A DNA stretch of 64,000 bases from an uncultured Atribacterota bacterium (GCA_964428905.1 CAYSAA010000024.1:7418-71417); one strand, 5' to 3'; counted from the first letter of the stretch, positions 19,204 through 30,278 are shown. Notes: generated by a model from the letters alone, not told the origin. A program made the numbers and translations.

Positions 19204-20148
19204 TTATACTATTTCCTTTTCATAGGGAATCCCACTTGCTGCTGGAGGAACTGCCCTGCCCACTGCACTCACTAGAACAAAAATTGCCAACAAGTAAGGA
19301 ACCATATTGATAAATTGAACCGGAACTGCAGTGACACCCTGTAATCTGATAGCCAGGGCTTCTCCAAAGCCAAATAAAAGCGCAGCTCCGGCAGTCCCAA
19401 AAGGAGTCCATTTCCCAAAAATCATCGCTGCTAAAGCAATAAAGCCTCTGCCTCCGCTCATTTCTTTGACAAAAAAATGAGCTTGTTCCAAAGATAAAAA
19501 AGAACCGGCTAATCCGGCAAGCGCTCCTGAGATTATCACTGCTATGTATCTCATCGTAACAATATTTACTCCCATGGTATCTGCGGCCTGAGGATATTCG
19601 CCTACTGATCGTAATCTTAACCCGAAAGGAGTTTGATATAATATGATATGTGATAATACAAAAATGATGATTGTGAGATACACCAAAGGAGAATGATGAG
19701 CAAATATAACAATCATATTTCTTATAAAAGTTGATCCCTCTCCTATACTTGGAAGAGATAATCCCCAAATCGGCAAATTTTTTTTAACCATAATTTGAGT
19801 TTCGCCAAATAAAAGCCAGCTAAAAAATATAGTAATCCCGCTGGCAAACAAATTAATAGCCACACCGCTTACTATCTGATTAGCTTTAAAGGTAACACAG
19901 GTAATGGCATGGATTAGTCCAAGAAATATTCCAACTAAAACTGCTGCCAAAACTCCCACCCAGGGATTTTGAGCAAAATTAGTCATTGCTACTGCTGCAA
20001 AAGCCCCGGTTAATATCATACCTTCTAATCCGATATTAACGACTCCTGACTTTTCTGAAAATACTCCGCCTAAACCGGCTAAAGCTAAAGGAATAGCAAC
20101 TCTAATCGATGAAGCGACAAACTGTGCGTTAAAAATATCACCAAGCAT
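19204..20148 (-). CDS. ABC transporter permease (BMP-associated nucleoside/sugar type)
   Basis: Polytopic membrane profile with a GVNIGLEGMIL motif, in an operon with the BMP binding protein. Confidence 0.85.
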   Translation of the reverse strand: MLGDIFNAQFVASSIRVAIPLALAGLGGVFSEKSGVVNIGLEGMILTGAFAAVAMTNFAQNPWVGVLAAVLVGIFLGLIHAITCVTFKANQIVSGVAINLFASGITIFFSWLLFGETQIMVKKNLPIWGLSLPSIGEGSTFIRNMIVIFAHHSPLVYLTIIIFVLSHIILYQTPFGLRLRSVGEYPQAADTMGVNIVTMRYIAVIISGALAGLAGSFLSLEQAHFFVKEMSGGRGFIALAAMIFGKWTPFGTAGAALLFGFGEALAIRLQGVTAVPVQFINMVPYLLAIFVLVSAVGRAVPPAASGIPYEKEIV

Positions 20149-21278
20149 TATGCTATTTTCCTCCTTTGGCGAATTATTCTCTTAACTAGTTCATCACTGA
20201 TTACCACAAATATGACTATCACAGCTTGTAACACCATAATAAGTTCCCGGGGAATTCTTCCTTCAGTATAAATATTAACGATAGCACCACCGTAATTTAA
20301 GATACCAAATAAAATAGCAGCCAGGACAACTCCCAGAGGGTGATTCTTGCCTAAAAGCGCCACCGCAATTCCGTTAAATCCTAAATTGGTGAAAAGGTCT
20401 TGTCTCCAGCGATATTTAAAGCCCATTACCTCATTCGTCCCCACTAAACCGGCAAAGACACCACTGATCATCATGGCTAAAATAATGTTTTTAGCAACAC
20501 TGATTCCTCCATATTCTGCAGCCAGAGGATTATAACCAACGGCTCTTATTTCGTAGCCTAAATTGGTTTTCCACAATATATAGTAGGCTAATATAGCTAC
20601 ACCTACAGCGATAAAAAAAGATACATTTACTTGATTATGAGCAGGAAAATCTATATTTAAAAACTTAAAAATAGGATAAAGTCGAGGAAGCCGGGCAGCT
20701 TCAGCAATCTCACTGGTATGTGGAATCATCTGCTGAACGCCGGCAGCCTTCATGTCTTCTGTTGCCGGTGCTTTATACACCAATACCAGATAAAAGGTAA
20801 GTGATGAAGCTATCCAGTTCATCATTATGGTAATAATGACTTCGTGCACACCCATTTTAGCTTTTAATATTCCGGGAACAGCTGCCCATAATGCTCCACC
20901 AGCTGCTGCTGCTAATACGCATAACGGTATAAGTACAAGAGCAGGTAAATGAATAAAAGTAAATCCAACCCAGGCAGCAAGAAAAGTTCCGATATACATC
21001 TGTCCTTCTCCGCCTATGTTAAACAAACCACAGCGGAAGGCGAAAGCAACCGTTAACCCCGTAAATATTAAGGGAGTTGCTCTGAATAATACATTACCCC
21101 AGCCATCCCTGTTGCCAATAGCATTACTGAATAATGTTTTATAAACAAAAATAGGATTTTCACCAATTAATAAAATAACAACTGATCCTACCAATAAAGC
21201 ACATATTACCGCAATTAAAGGAGTAATCCTTTCTAAAACAATGATATAGTCATATTTTTTACTACTTTTCAAATTCAT
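20148..21278 (-). CDS. ABC transporter permease (BMP-associated nucleoside/sugar type)
   Basis: Polytopic membrane profile with an FNIGGEGQMYIG motif. Its stop overlaps the start of the next permease gene. Confidence 0.85.
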   Translation of the reverse strand: MNLKSSKKYDYIIVLERITPLIAVICALLVGSVVILLIGENPIFVYKTLFSNAIGNRDGWGNVLFRATPLIFTGLTVAFAFRCGLFNIGGEGQMYIGTFLAAWVGFTFIHLPALVLIPLCVLAAAAGGALWAAVPGILKAKMGVHEVIITIMMNWIASSLTFYLVLVYKAPATEDMKAAGVQQMIPHTSEIAEAARLPRLYPIFKFLNIDFPAHNQVNVSFFIAVGVAILAYYILWKTNLGYEIRAVGYNPLAAEYGGISVAKNIILAMMISGVFAGLVGTNEVMGFKYRWRQDLFTNLGFNGIAVALLGKNHPLGVVLAAILFGILNYGGAIVNIYTEGRIPRELIMVLQAVIVIFVVISDELVKRIIRQRRKIA

Positions 21279-21291
21279 CTTTCTCCAGCAA

Positions 21292-22830
21292 TTATTTGGC
21301 CTTTAATAATTTTTTCTTTGCAGTAGAGCCAGTCATCAACAAACCTATTTCCTTTTCGTCTGTTTTCTTCGGATCCAGAACATCAATTATTTTGCCTTCA
21401 TAGATAACTGCAATACGGTCCGATAAAGACAAAATCTCTTCTAAATCAGCCGAGACTAACAAAATTGCTTTTCCTTTATCTCTTTCGTTCAATATTTGTT
21501 GGTGTACAAACTCAATAGAGCCTACATCTAACCCACGAGTGGGTTGAGCGGCAATTAAAAGTTTTGGTTCTCCAAATAATTCACGGGCGACAATAACCTT
21601 CTGTTGATTGCCTCCGGATAAAGATTTTAATAAATTATCTTTATCAGAGGGTCGAATATCAAAATTTTTTATTAAATGATTAGCATGATTATTAATGGCA
21701 GTAAAGTTTAATTTTAACCCTTTATTAAAAGGTGCACGATAATGGCATCCTAAAATTAAATTTTCAGCAACTGAATAATTGGAAATAATTCCGCGTTGTC
21801 TCCTGTCTTCAGGAATATGAGCAATTTTATCTTCTCTAATGCTTCGAGGAGAATCATCGGTAATATCCTGGTTGTTTAAAAATATTTTGCCGTTTGATGC
21901 CTGACGAAGCCCGGTAATCACTTCTACTAACTCAGTCTGTCCGTTCCCTTCTACACCGGCAAATCCCAATATCTCTCCTTCCTTTATTTCAAAAGAGAGG
22001 TTTCTTACAGCTGGTAGGCCTTTATTGTTAAGTGCTTCTAAGTTCTCTACTTTTAAAGTTGTTTTTCCCAGGTTGAGAGGGTTTTTTTCGACTTTAAAAA
22101 TAACCTTTCTTCCTACCATCATACTGGCGATTTCCTCTTGATTGGTATCTTTGGTATTCTTTACTCCTGCCACCTTCCCTCTTCTCATGACAGTTACCCG
22201 GTCAGAGAGGTCTTTTACTTCGTTCAATTTATGAGTAATAAAAATAATTGTTTTGTCCTGTTTTTTTAGTGATTTAAGAATTTCGAATAGTTCTTCAATT
22301 TCCTGGGGAGTTAATACTGCAGTAGGTTCATCCATCACCAGGATTTCTGCTCCCCGGAAAAGGACTTTAATAATTTCCACTCTCTGCTGAATCCCCACAG
22401 AAATATTCTCAATTTTAGCTCTGGGATCAATTTTAAAACCCATGTTTTCAGATAATTCTTCAACTCTTTTTATTGCTTTTTCCATATCGATAAAAATATT
22501 ATTTTTCCTGGGTTCCATACCCAGGATAATATTTTCCGCAACTGTTAAAGGCGGTATTAACATAAAATGCTGATGAACCATACCAATTTTTAGATTGATA
22601 GCAATTTTCGGATTGGCGATATTCACTTTCTTTCCATTGATAAAAATTTGACCGGAATCAGCCTGATACAGCCCATACAAAATACTCATCAGGGTTGATT
22701 TACCTGCTCCGTTTTCACCCACCAGAGCATGTATTTCACCTTTATAGACGGTAAAATTTACTTTATCGTTGGCCACCACAAGAGGGAATCGTTTGGTGAT
22801 ATTTTTCATCTCTAAAGCAATCTCAGGCAA
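21292..22830 (-). CDS. ABC transporter ATP-binding protein with duplicated ATPase domains
   Basis: Walker A GENGAGKST, Walker B ILVMDEPTAVL and a second-domain signature LSGGNQQK. Size is about 512 aa. Confidence 0.9.
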   Translation of the reverse strand: MPEIALEMKNITKRFPLVVANDKVNFTVYKGEIHALVGENGAGKSTLMSILYGLYQADSGQIFINGKKVNIANPKIAINLKIGMVHQHFMLIPPLTVAENIILGMEPRKNNIFIDMEKAIKRVEELSENMGFKIDPRAKIENISVGIQQRVEIIKVLFRGAEILVMDEPTAVLTPQEIEELFEILKSLKKQDKTIIFITHKLNEVKDLSDRVTVMRRGKVAGVKNTKDTNQEEIASMMVGRKVIFKVEKNPLNLGKTTLKVENLEALNNKGLPAVRNLSFEIKEGEILGFAGVEGNGQTELVEVITGLRQASNGKIFLNNQDITDDSPRSIREDKIAHIPEDRRQRGIISNYSVAENLILGCHYRAPFNKGLKLNFTAINNHANHLIKNFDIRPSDKDNLLKSLSGGNQQKVIVARELFGEPKLLIAAQPTRGLDVGSIEFVHQQILNERDKGKAILLVSADLEEILSLSDRIAVIYEGKIIDVLDPKKTDEKEIGLLMTGSTAKKKLLKAK

Positions 22831-22929
22831 GGAATCAATCCTCCTTCAGTAATTTATACTGGGTTTAATATAGTGGAGATATCCATTATTTATTACCTAA
22901 ATACCTCCACTATTTTTTATTTAACCATG

Positions 22930-23982
22930 TTATTTAGTTACTTCGGTGGGCACAACAATTTCTCCGCTTAAAATTTTGGTCTTTGCTTCTTCAACATTGG
23001 CTATCATTTCTTCTGATATAAGAGATTCATTATATTTGTCGAGAGCATAACCAACTCCGGAGTAGGTTACATCTCCAATGGTAATGTATCTGTCTAAACC
23101 AAATACCTCAACACCAGGCTGGAAAGCTCCTTCAACCACTGCTTTTACAGTAAGATATACCGAAACGTCAACTTGTTTTAACATGCTGGTTAAACCAAAA
23201 TTTTCTCCGGTTTCCTCAATATATCCCAGATAGTTCTGATTGGAATCTACTCCAATGACATATCTTTTCCTTTCTTTGGCTGCTTCAAATACTCCGGCAC
23301 CGGTTAGACCGGAAGCATGGTAGATAACCCATGCCCCGTTATCGTATTGTGACAAAGCTAATTCTTTCCCTTTTACCGGATCAATAAAGGCTTTGTCAGT
23401 ATCTCCAGCATAAGCAGAAATGACTTTACATTCAGGGTAGACATAATGAACTCCGGCAATATAGCCTGCTTCAAATCCATTGATCAGCGCTATATCCATT
23501 CCACCAACAAATCCAACTGTATCTTTTCCATCTTCCTGTGCCTTCATTGCAGCAATCATACCCACCAGGAAAGAACCCTGGGGTTCCGGAAAAACTAGTG
23601 ACACTACATTGGGCTTATCAGGGATAAATCCATCAACAATAGCAAATTTAGTATCAGGAAACTCATCAGCCACTGTAGTTATAGCATCAGTAAATAAAAA
23701 TCCTACCCCAATGATTAAATCATAACCGATCATGGCTAAGTTTCTAAGATTTACTTCCCTATCCGCATCTACTCCCGGTTCCAATTCAATACGTTTAATA
23801 CCGAAATCATCTGCAGCCCAGGCTAAACCGCGGGATGCTGAATCATTAAAGGATTTATCCCCTTTCCCGCCAACATCAAATACCAAACCAACCTTTAGTG
23901 GTTCTTGAGCAAAGACTGTTGAGGAAAAGCATAAACCTATTATCAGAACTGACAAAACGACTACTAACAGATTCTTTTTCAT
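22930..23982 (-). CDS. BMP-family (PnrA/Med-like) ABC substrate-binding lipoprotein, probably nucleoside-binding
   Basis: Signal peptide MKKNLLVVVLSVLIIGLCFSS and a VGGKGDKSFNDSA motif characteristic of basic membrane protein family binders. Confidence 0.88.
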   Translation of the reverse strand: MKKNLLVVVLSVLIIGLCFSSTVFAQEPLKVGLVFDVGGKGDKSFNDSASRGLAWAADDFGIKRIELEPGVDADREVNLRNLAMIGYDLIIGVGFLFTDAITTVADEFPDTKFAIVDGFIPDKPNVVSLVFPEPQGSFLVGMIAAMKAQEDGKDTVGFVGGMDIALINGFEAGYIAGVHYVYPECKVISAYAGDTDKAFIDPVKGKELALSQYDNGAWVIYHASGLTGAGVFEAAKERKRYVIGVDSNQNYLGYIEETGENFGLTSMLKQVDVSVYLTVKAVVEGAFQPGVEVFGLDRYITIGDVTYSGVGYALDKYNESLISEEMIANVEEAKTKILSGEIVVPTEVTK

Positions 23983-24542
23983 CTCTGAAATCTCCTTTTT
24001 TTGAAAATAATTTTCATCTTATTTTACCTTTACCCATGTAAATATTTCTATTTAACAGGTTTTATACAGTTAAAATATGATCAGCAATCACCTCCTTAAG
24101 AATAAATGTCTTCTATAAAGTGGTGGAATAATTTATTATTTCTTGTCCTGTAACATCTTTAACATAATAATACTACATCGATTATGTTTTTGATACTTAA
24201 AAATATAAAAATATTTATTTTTTTAGTAAAATCGTATTCTATTATTCAATTCCATATTTCTAATATTTGTTTAGCAATAAGCAGTAAATAGTTCGTGAAT
24301 CAGCCAGTTAATAAGCTGATAAATCGTTACAGAAATTTTTTAATGCTAACAGCATAAACGTCCAACTTATGATTGAGATTTAGATTTACATTTTATTGAA
24401 AGATCGTTTATTCATATGCCTGGTATAGGAAAATTTTTTAGTTAAAAACTTTAAATCATTATTTTTCAATTTTTACTTTTGGTCATTCTGTTAACCAATG
24501 ATCAAAGTAATCAACTAACCAGCTAACTGATTAAATATTTAT

Positions 24543-26726
24543 TTATTGGCCATGGTTATTCAAGTATTCATCTTTTGAAAGCAATATCTTTCTGGGATTG
24601 CGTCCGTCATAAGGTCCAACCATCCCTTTCTTCTCCATCAGATCAATAAGGCGGGCAGCTCGTGTATAGCCAATTCTCAATTTTCTTTGCAGGATTGATA
24701 TGGAGGCTTGGTTGTTATTGATAATGGTATCAACAGCGTCTTCAAATAATTCATCTTCTTCTTCCTCCCTTTCTTCAATTTCGTTCTCCTGGTTCTTTTT
24801 TTGGTTAAGAATATTTTCCTGATAATCAGGTGCAGGTCCGTTATCTTCTAAAAAAGAAACGATATCTTTAATCTCTTTTTCGGAAACAAAGGCCCCCTGA
24901 GCTCGTATTGGCTTGGAGGCATTGATAGGCGAAAAAAGCATGTCACCATTTCCCAGCAATTTCTCAGCTCCGTTAACATCCAGAATAGTCCTGGAATCGA
25001 CCTGGGTTGAAACTGCAAAAGCAATACGGGATGGAAAATTGATTTTAATTGAACCGGTAATAATATCAACAGATGGCCTTTGGGTAGCAATAATGAGATG
25101 GATTCCTGTTGCCCTGGTCATCTGCGCCAGCCTGCATAATGCTTCTTCTATCTTTACCGGAGAAGATAGCATCAAATCTGCCAGTTCATCGATAATGATA
25201 ATAATATAGGGTAAAGATTTTTCATCTGCTTTGATACTTTTGACATACTCATGGTATCCTTTTAAATTACGGACACCAACCTCGGCAAATATTTTGAATC
25301 GATTTTCCATTTCAGAAATAGCCCAGTTCAATACTTTATCAACTTTTTTGGTATTTGTGATAATAGGAATAATGAGATGAGGTATACCATTGAAAACATT
25401 TAACTCAACTCTCTTTGGGTCAACCATCACAAACCTTATCACCTCAGGCCCAAAACGGTAAATTAGGCTTAATATAATGGAATTAAGACATACACTCTTC
25501 CCGGAACCGGTGGAACCAGCAATAAGTAAATGTGGTAAATCAACCAAATCTGCAATAATATTTTTACCCCCGATATCTTTTCCAAGAGCAATGGGTAAAA
25601 TAAGTGAATTATTTTGATATTCTCTTGATTCAATAATCTCTCTTAATAATACAGTATCCTTTTCCCTGTTAGGAACTTCAATACCGATTGCATTCTTTCC
25701 AGGTATCGGCGCCTCGATTCTTACCGATGCCGCAGCAAAGGCCAGAGCGATGTCATTACTGAGGTTGGTTATTTTAGACACTTTTACTCCTGGTGCCGGC
25801 TGTATCTCATATCTTGTTACAGTAGGTCCCTGTGTTGCCCCAATTACTTCACCTTGAATACCAAAATTATCCAATGTTTTTTGTAGCAAATTAATATTAT
25901 TTTTTATTTTTTCTTGACTTCTTGTTTTGTGCTCCCTTTTTACATCATTCAAGAAATTAATGGGTGGTATAATATAATTTTGATTTCTATACGGCTTTTT
26001 AGAATGATTTTTAGGAGTAAAATACATTCTTTCCTGTACTGGTACTACTGAACTTTTATCTGCCTTTACAGGAAACTTCTTTCTAAATATAGGTTCAACT
26101 CTTTTTGTTTGGACTTCTTTTTGATTTTCATTATAAATTTTAATTGATCGGTTGTTTCCTTGATCTTGCATTGTATCAGGCTTTCTCTTTATTTTGGAAA
26201 CAATCGAAGCAAAGGCAAAATATATTTTTTTAAATAAAAAGTGTAAGATATACAGGAAAGAAAAATCTGTTACAAATAATATGGCAATTAATCCCAGAGC
26301 AATAAGAAAAAGATAGGCTCCGGTCAATCCGAAATAGTTGTAGAGGTAGTTCGCCATATAATGTCCATACAAACCACCTCCTGCACCATCCACTGCTAAA
26401 GAATAGGCGTGTTCTAAGAAAATTAATTTCAGATGAATAAAAGCCAGTATAATCAATAATAAAGCGGTTATTCCAAATATCTTATTATAAAAATTAGGAA
26501 AATGAATATTAAGTAATAGACTTACTCCTTCTATTAATAAAAATATGAAGATAAAATATTTTCCAAGTCCTACCATCTGATTAATAAATGCAATAATATT
26601 AGCAAAGAAGGGAAAGTTATTTGTAGGAAATAATAGGGAGAATAAATAATAAAAGGCAACTAAAATAAGGATGACACCCAAAATCCTTTTTTTTATTGAA
26701 TAATGTATTGTTTCCTTTTTAGCCAT
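24543..26726 (-). CDS. ftsK: DNA translocase FtsK/SpoIIIE
   Basis: N-terminal TM helices, a linker, motor-domain Walker A GSTGSGKSV, Walker B IIIIDELADL and a C-terminal gamma winged helix (ASISILQRKLRIGYTRAARLID). Confidence 0.92.
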   Translation of the reverse strand: MAKKETIHYSIKKRILGVILILVAFYYLFSLLFPTNNFPFFANIIAFINQMVGLGKYFIFIFLLIEGVSLLLNIHFPNFYNKIFGITALLLIILAFIHLKLIFLEHAYSLAVDGAGGGLYGHYMANYLYNYFGLTGAYLFLIALGLIAILFVTDFSFLYILHFLFKKIYFAFASIVSKIKRKPDTMQDQGNNRSIKIYNENQKEVQTKRVEPIFRKKFPVKADKSSVVPVQERMYFTPKNHSKKPYRNQNYIIPPINFLNDVKREHKTRSQEKIKNNINLLQKTLDNFGIQGEVIGATQGPTVTRYEIQPAPGVKVSKITNLSNDIALAFAAASVRIEAPIPGKNAIGIEVPNREKDTVLLREIIESREYQNNSLILPIALGKDIGGKNIIADLVDLPHLLIAGSTGSGKSVCLNSIILSLIYRFGPEVIRFVMVDPKRVELNVFNGIPHLIIPIITNTKKVDKVLNWAISEMENRFKIFAEVGVRNLKGYHEYVKSIKADEKSLPYIIIIIDELADLMLSSPVKIEEALCRLAQMTRATGIHLIIATQRPSVDIITGSIKINFPSRIAFAVSTQVDSRTILDVNGAEKLLGNGDMLFSPINASKPIRAQGAFVSEKEIKDIVSFLEDNGPAPDYQENILNQKKNQENEIEEREEEEDELFEDAVDTIINNNQASISILQRKLRIGYTRAARLIDLMEKKGMVGPYDGRNPRKILLSKDEYLNNHGQ

Positions 26727-26727
26727 A

Positions 26728-27555
26728 TTATTTCCAATTGCTTATATTCAAAATTAAAACAGTAAATCCAATAATCCATAAATAGTAACTAAATAGACGC
26801 AATTTAAAATTTACTAGCATTTTTATAAAAAATTTTATCGCCCAGTAACCTGTTAGAAAAGCAGTCATGCCAGAAGCAATTAGTACACCAATAGGGATAT
26901 TCAGATTAAGCATTTCCGGTATTTTATATATAGAAGCACCTAAGATAATGGGAACTGATAAGATAAAAGAATATTTTGCTGCAAATGCTCGATCCAACTT
27001 TCTGCTAAGGCTCATCATGATGGTAAAACCAGACCGGGATATACCGGGCATGATTGCCAGGGCTTGGGCAAAACCAATTAAAATTGCATCAGTCACATTC
27101 ATCTCGTTTAGCTTTTTAGCTCCATGGATTAAAATCTTATCTGTTAAGAAAAGACATATACCAGTTATAATTAACATCCAAGAAGTAATAATAGGGTTAC
27201 TGAATAAATTTTCAAATGCAGGGTGAAAGTAAAAGCCAATAAAAGCACCTGGAATCGTGCTTATTAATAGTAACCAGGCAAATTTACATTGAAGATCTTC
27301 TTTAACATGTTTGAAAAAATTTCTATGGGTAACAAGCCTGTTAAGGCTTTCAAGAAAGGATAAAAATAGCCCTTTGAACTCTCTATTGAATAAAACAATA
27401 ACTGCTAATGATGTTCCAAAATGAACAAATGTCTCAAAGGCTACACCAGGTATCTTAATATCTAAAAGATATTGACTGATGACTAAATGGCCAGAACTAC
27501 TTACCGGAAGAAATTCAGTCAAACCTTGAATTAAACCTAACATAACATAGTACAT
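26728..27555 (-). CDS. uppP: Undecaprenyl-diphosphate phosphatase
   Basis: BacA motifs EFLPVSSSGHL and PGISRSG, with an 8-TM profile. Confidence 0.9.
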   Translation of the reverse strand: MYYVMLGLIQGLTEFLPVSSSGHLVISQYLLDIKIPGVAFETFVHFGTSLAVIVLFNREFKGLFLSFLESLNRLVTHRNFFKHVKEDLQCKFAWLLLISTIPGAFIGFYFHPAFENLFSNPIITSWMLIITGICLFLTDKILIHGAKKLNEMNVTDAILIGFAQALAIMPGISRSGFTIMMSLSRKLDRAFAAKYSFILSVPIILGASIYKIPEMLNLNIPIGVLIASGMTAFLTGYWAIKFFIKMLVNFKLRLFSYYLWIIGFTVLILNISNWK

Positions 27556-27612
27556 TGGTTCCCTTACTTTTACTTTCTACTGAACAAATATTCTTGTCTA
27601 AGAAAATCCTAA

Positions 27613-28098
27613 TTATTGATTAACTTTAACCCCGGTATGCCCAAAACCACCATCTCCCCTCTTGGTATGATCCAAACTATTGGTCTCTACCAAGATAGGG
27701 TGAAATATTTTTTGAATGACCAATTGTGCTATACGATCTCCCCGTTTTATAAAGAACTTAGCTGTACCATGATTAATCAATATAATCTTTATAATTCCAC
27801 GATAATCCGAATCAATTGTACCCGGTGTATTAAGTACAGTAATACCGTAACGATAGGCTAAACCACTCCTCGGTCTCACTTGAGCTTCAAAACCTATTGG
27901 TAAAGCAATTTTTATACCAGTTGAGATTAGTTTTCTCTCACCTTGACCAATTTCTATTACCTCATTTTCAGCTGAAAACAAATCAATTCCCGAAGCATAC
28001 AAACTGGCTGCTTTTGGTAAAGGCAAATCTTCACAACCCTTTGCTCTTTCTACCTTTATTTCTATTTTTTCAATTTCTTTTTTCATTTTCAATATCAT
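27613..28098 (-). CDS. dut: dUTP diphosphatase
   Basis: dUTPase motifs ASGIDL, RPRSGLA, GTIDSDYRG and RGDGGFGHTG. ATGA overlap with the pnp stop. Confidence 0.9.
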   Translation of the reverse strand: MILKMKKEIEKIEIKVERAKGCEDLPLPKAASLYASGIDLFSAENEVIEIGQGERKLISTGIKIALPIGFEAQVRPRSGLAYRYGITVLNTPGTIDSDYRGIIKIILINHGTAKFFIKRGDRIAQLVIQKIFHPILVETNSLDHTKRGDGGFGHTGVKVNQ

Positions 28099-30278
28099 CT
28101 AGTTACACGAGGGTTTTTTCTATAACGATTCACACTATTCCGGTCATTTCTGTCAGGTTTTGGCATAAGTTCTTTCTTGCTTAAATCGATTTTACCCTGC
28201 AGATCTATACCAATAACCTTTACCTGAATTTCATCATTAGTGTTGATAATATCTTCTACCTTATCAACATGGTAATGGCATAAATTTGAAATATGTAAAA
28301 GACCTTCAACACCAGGTAATATTTCAACAAAAGCACCGTACTTAGTAATTCTTTTAACTTTTCCATTATAAATTTCGCCAGCCTTTACTTCTCTGACTAA
28401 TCCTTCAATGAGGTATTTAGCTTTTTCAATTTTTTCATTGTCGTCAGCAGTAATAAATATCTCACCATTGTCTTTAATATCAATAGAGGTCCCACTTTCT
28501 TCAATAATTTTCTTAATATTTTTACCACTGGGTCCAATCACATTTCCTATTTTATCCGTATTGATCTTCATTATAAACATCTTTGGAACATAATGGGACA
28601 ACTCTTCTTTTGGCGCAGCAATCACGGAATTCATTTTATTGAGAATAAATTTACGTCCCTTCTTTGATCTTTCCAGTATATCGCGAATTATGTCCATAGA
28701 AACACCGTCTATCTTTAAATCCATCTGAATAGCAGTGATGCCATCTACCGATCCTGTAGCTTTAAAATCCATATCTCCGTAGTGATCTTCGATACCCAAA
28801 ATATCTGTCAAAATTTCATATTGATCTTTTTCTTTCACCAGACCAAGGGCTACACCGGCGACGGGTTTTTTTAAAGGAACACCTGCATCCATCAAGGATA
28901 AGCTTGTACCACAGACAGTTGCCATAGATGAGGAACCGTTTGATTCCAAAATTTCAGAAACCACACGTATGGTATAAGGGAAATTGCTCTCTTCAGGAAT
29001 AAGTGCCTTTATTGCTTTTTCGGCCAGAGCGCCATGTCCTATTTCTCTTCTTGATTGACTTCTTCTCGGTTTTACGTCACCGACTGAAAATGGAGGAAAG
29101 TTGTAATGTAAATAAAACTTTCGAGAGGTATCTTCTTCTAATGTATCGATTGACTGTTCATCTCTGAGTGAACCTAAGGTTGTAATCACTAAAGCCTGGG
29201 TTTGCCCTCTGGTGAAAAGAGCACTGCCGTGAACCCTGGGTAAGATGCCTATTTCACAATCAATTGGTCTAATTTCATCTACCTTACGTTGATCGACACG
29301 CATTTTCTTCTCAATAATGAGCTTTCGCATTATTTCTTTGCATAATAAATCAAAGACATCCTTAATCAATGGAATATCTACATCATTTTCTGTTTCATTT
29401 TGTTCATTTTCAAAGTAAGACATTATTTTATCTGAAATATTCTCCAGGTTTTCTTCTCTTTCTTTTTTATCAAGTATGGTTAAAGCTTTTTCAACCTGAT
29501 CCGAATAATTTTCTTTCATTATTAGATGATATTTTTCTTTTTCCTGTGCTGATACCTGGTCAGGTTCCCAGGATTTGTTAATTTTATCTGGCTGAATTCC
29601 TTCAGCAAAATGAATCTGCATTTCGACAATTTTCTTAATTTCTGTCTGTGCCTTTTCAATAGCAATCAAAATATCTTCTTCAGCTAATTCATTTGCTTCC
29701 CCTTCTAACATAATAACAGAATCCTTGGTGCCAGCTACAACCAGATTAAGTTGACATTCTTTCAACTCTTCCACCGAAGGATTGATAATATATTCTCCAT
29801 TTAAGTAACCTACTCTTACTGCAGCAATTGGTTTATGAAAAGGAATGTCTGAAATGTAAAGGGCACAAGATGCGCCGATAATAGAGAGAATATCGGGAAG
29901 GTTGTCCTGGTCATAAGACAAAACAGATGATATAACCTGAACATCATTGTGATAATCTTCAGGAAATAAAGGACGCAAAGGACGGTCGATGAGACGAGAT
30001 GTTAATATGGCATTTTCGCTGGGTCTACCCTCACGTTTAAAAAAACCACCAGGAATTTTACCTGCGGCATAAAATTTTTCCTCATAATCAACCAGTAAAG
30101 GGAAAAAATCGATTCCTTCTCTTGGTTCTTTGGAGGCTACCACAGTAACCAGTACTACCGTTTCACCACAGGTAACGGTAACAGCACCGTTTGCCTGTTT
30201 GGCTAATTTACCAGTTTCTATCTGAATGGACTTTTCTCCAATTATCATTTCTGTCTTTTTTGTAATATCATTAGTCAT
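28095..30278 (-). CDS. pnp: Polyribonucleotide nucleotidyltransferase (PNPase)
   Basis: Two RNase PH domains, a KH domain (IGPSGKNIKKI) and an S1 domain (GKVKRITKYGAFVEI). Confidence 0.96.
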   Translation of the reverse strand: MTNDITKKTEMIIGEKSIQIETGKLAKQANGAVTVTCGETVVLVTVVASKEPREGIDFFPLLVDYEEKFYAAGKIPGGFFKREGRPSENAILTSRLIDRPLRPLFPEDYHNDVQVISSVLSYDQDNLPDILSIIGASCALYISDIPFHKPIAAVRVGYLNGEYIINPSVEELKECQLNLVVAGTKDSVIMLEGEANELAEEDILIAIEKAQTEIKKIVEMQIHFAEGIQPDKINKSWEPDQVSAQEKEKYHLIMKENYSDQVEKALTILDKKEREENLENISDKIMSYFENEQNETENDVDIPLIKDVFDLLCKEIMRKLIIEKKMRVDQRKVDEIRPIDCEIGILPRVHGSALFTRGQTQALVITTLGSLRDEQSIDTLEEDTSRKFYLHYNFPPFSVGDVKPRRSQSRREIGHGALAEKAIKALIPEESNFPYTIRVVSEILESNGSSSMATVCGTSLSLMDAGVPLKKPVAGVALGLVKEKDQYEILTDILGIEDHYGDMDFKATGSVDGITAIQMDLKIDGVSMDIIRDILERSKKGRKFILNKMNSVIAAPKEELSHYVPKMFIMKINTDKIGNVIGPSGKNIKKIIEESGTSIDIKDNGEIFITADDNEKIEKAKYLIEGLVREVKAGEIYNGKVKRITKYGAFVEILPGVEGLLHISNLCHYHVDKVEDIINTNDEIQVKVIGIDLQGKIDLSKKELMPKPDRNDRNSVNRYRKNPRVTR

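Noticed and set aside
19220-19768. 182-codon ORF on the same strand as the BMP-associated permease but in another frame. That is unusually long for an alternative frame in an AT-rich genome.
   Set aside because: The product is Cys/Ser/Phe-rich low-complexity sequence with no SD and no recognisable motif. The overlapping frame encodes an unmistakable ABC permease, so this is most likely a by-product of the locally higher GC and the codon composition of a membrane-protein gene.
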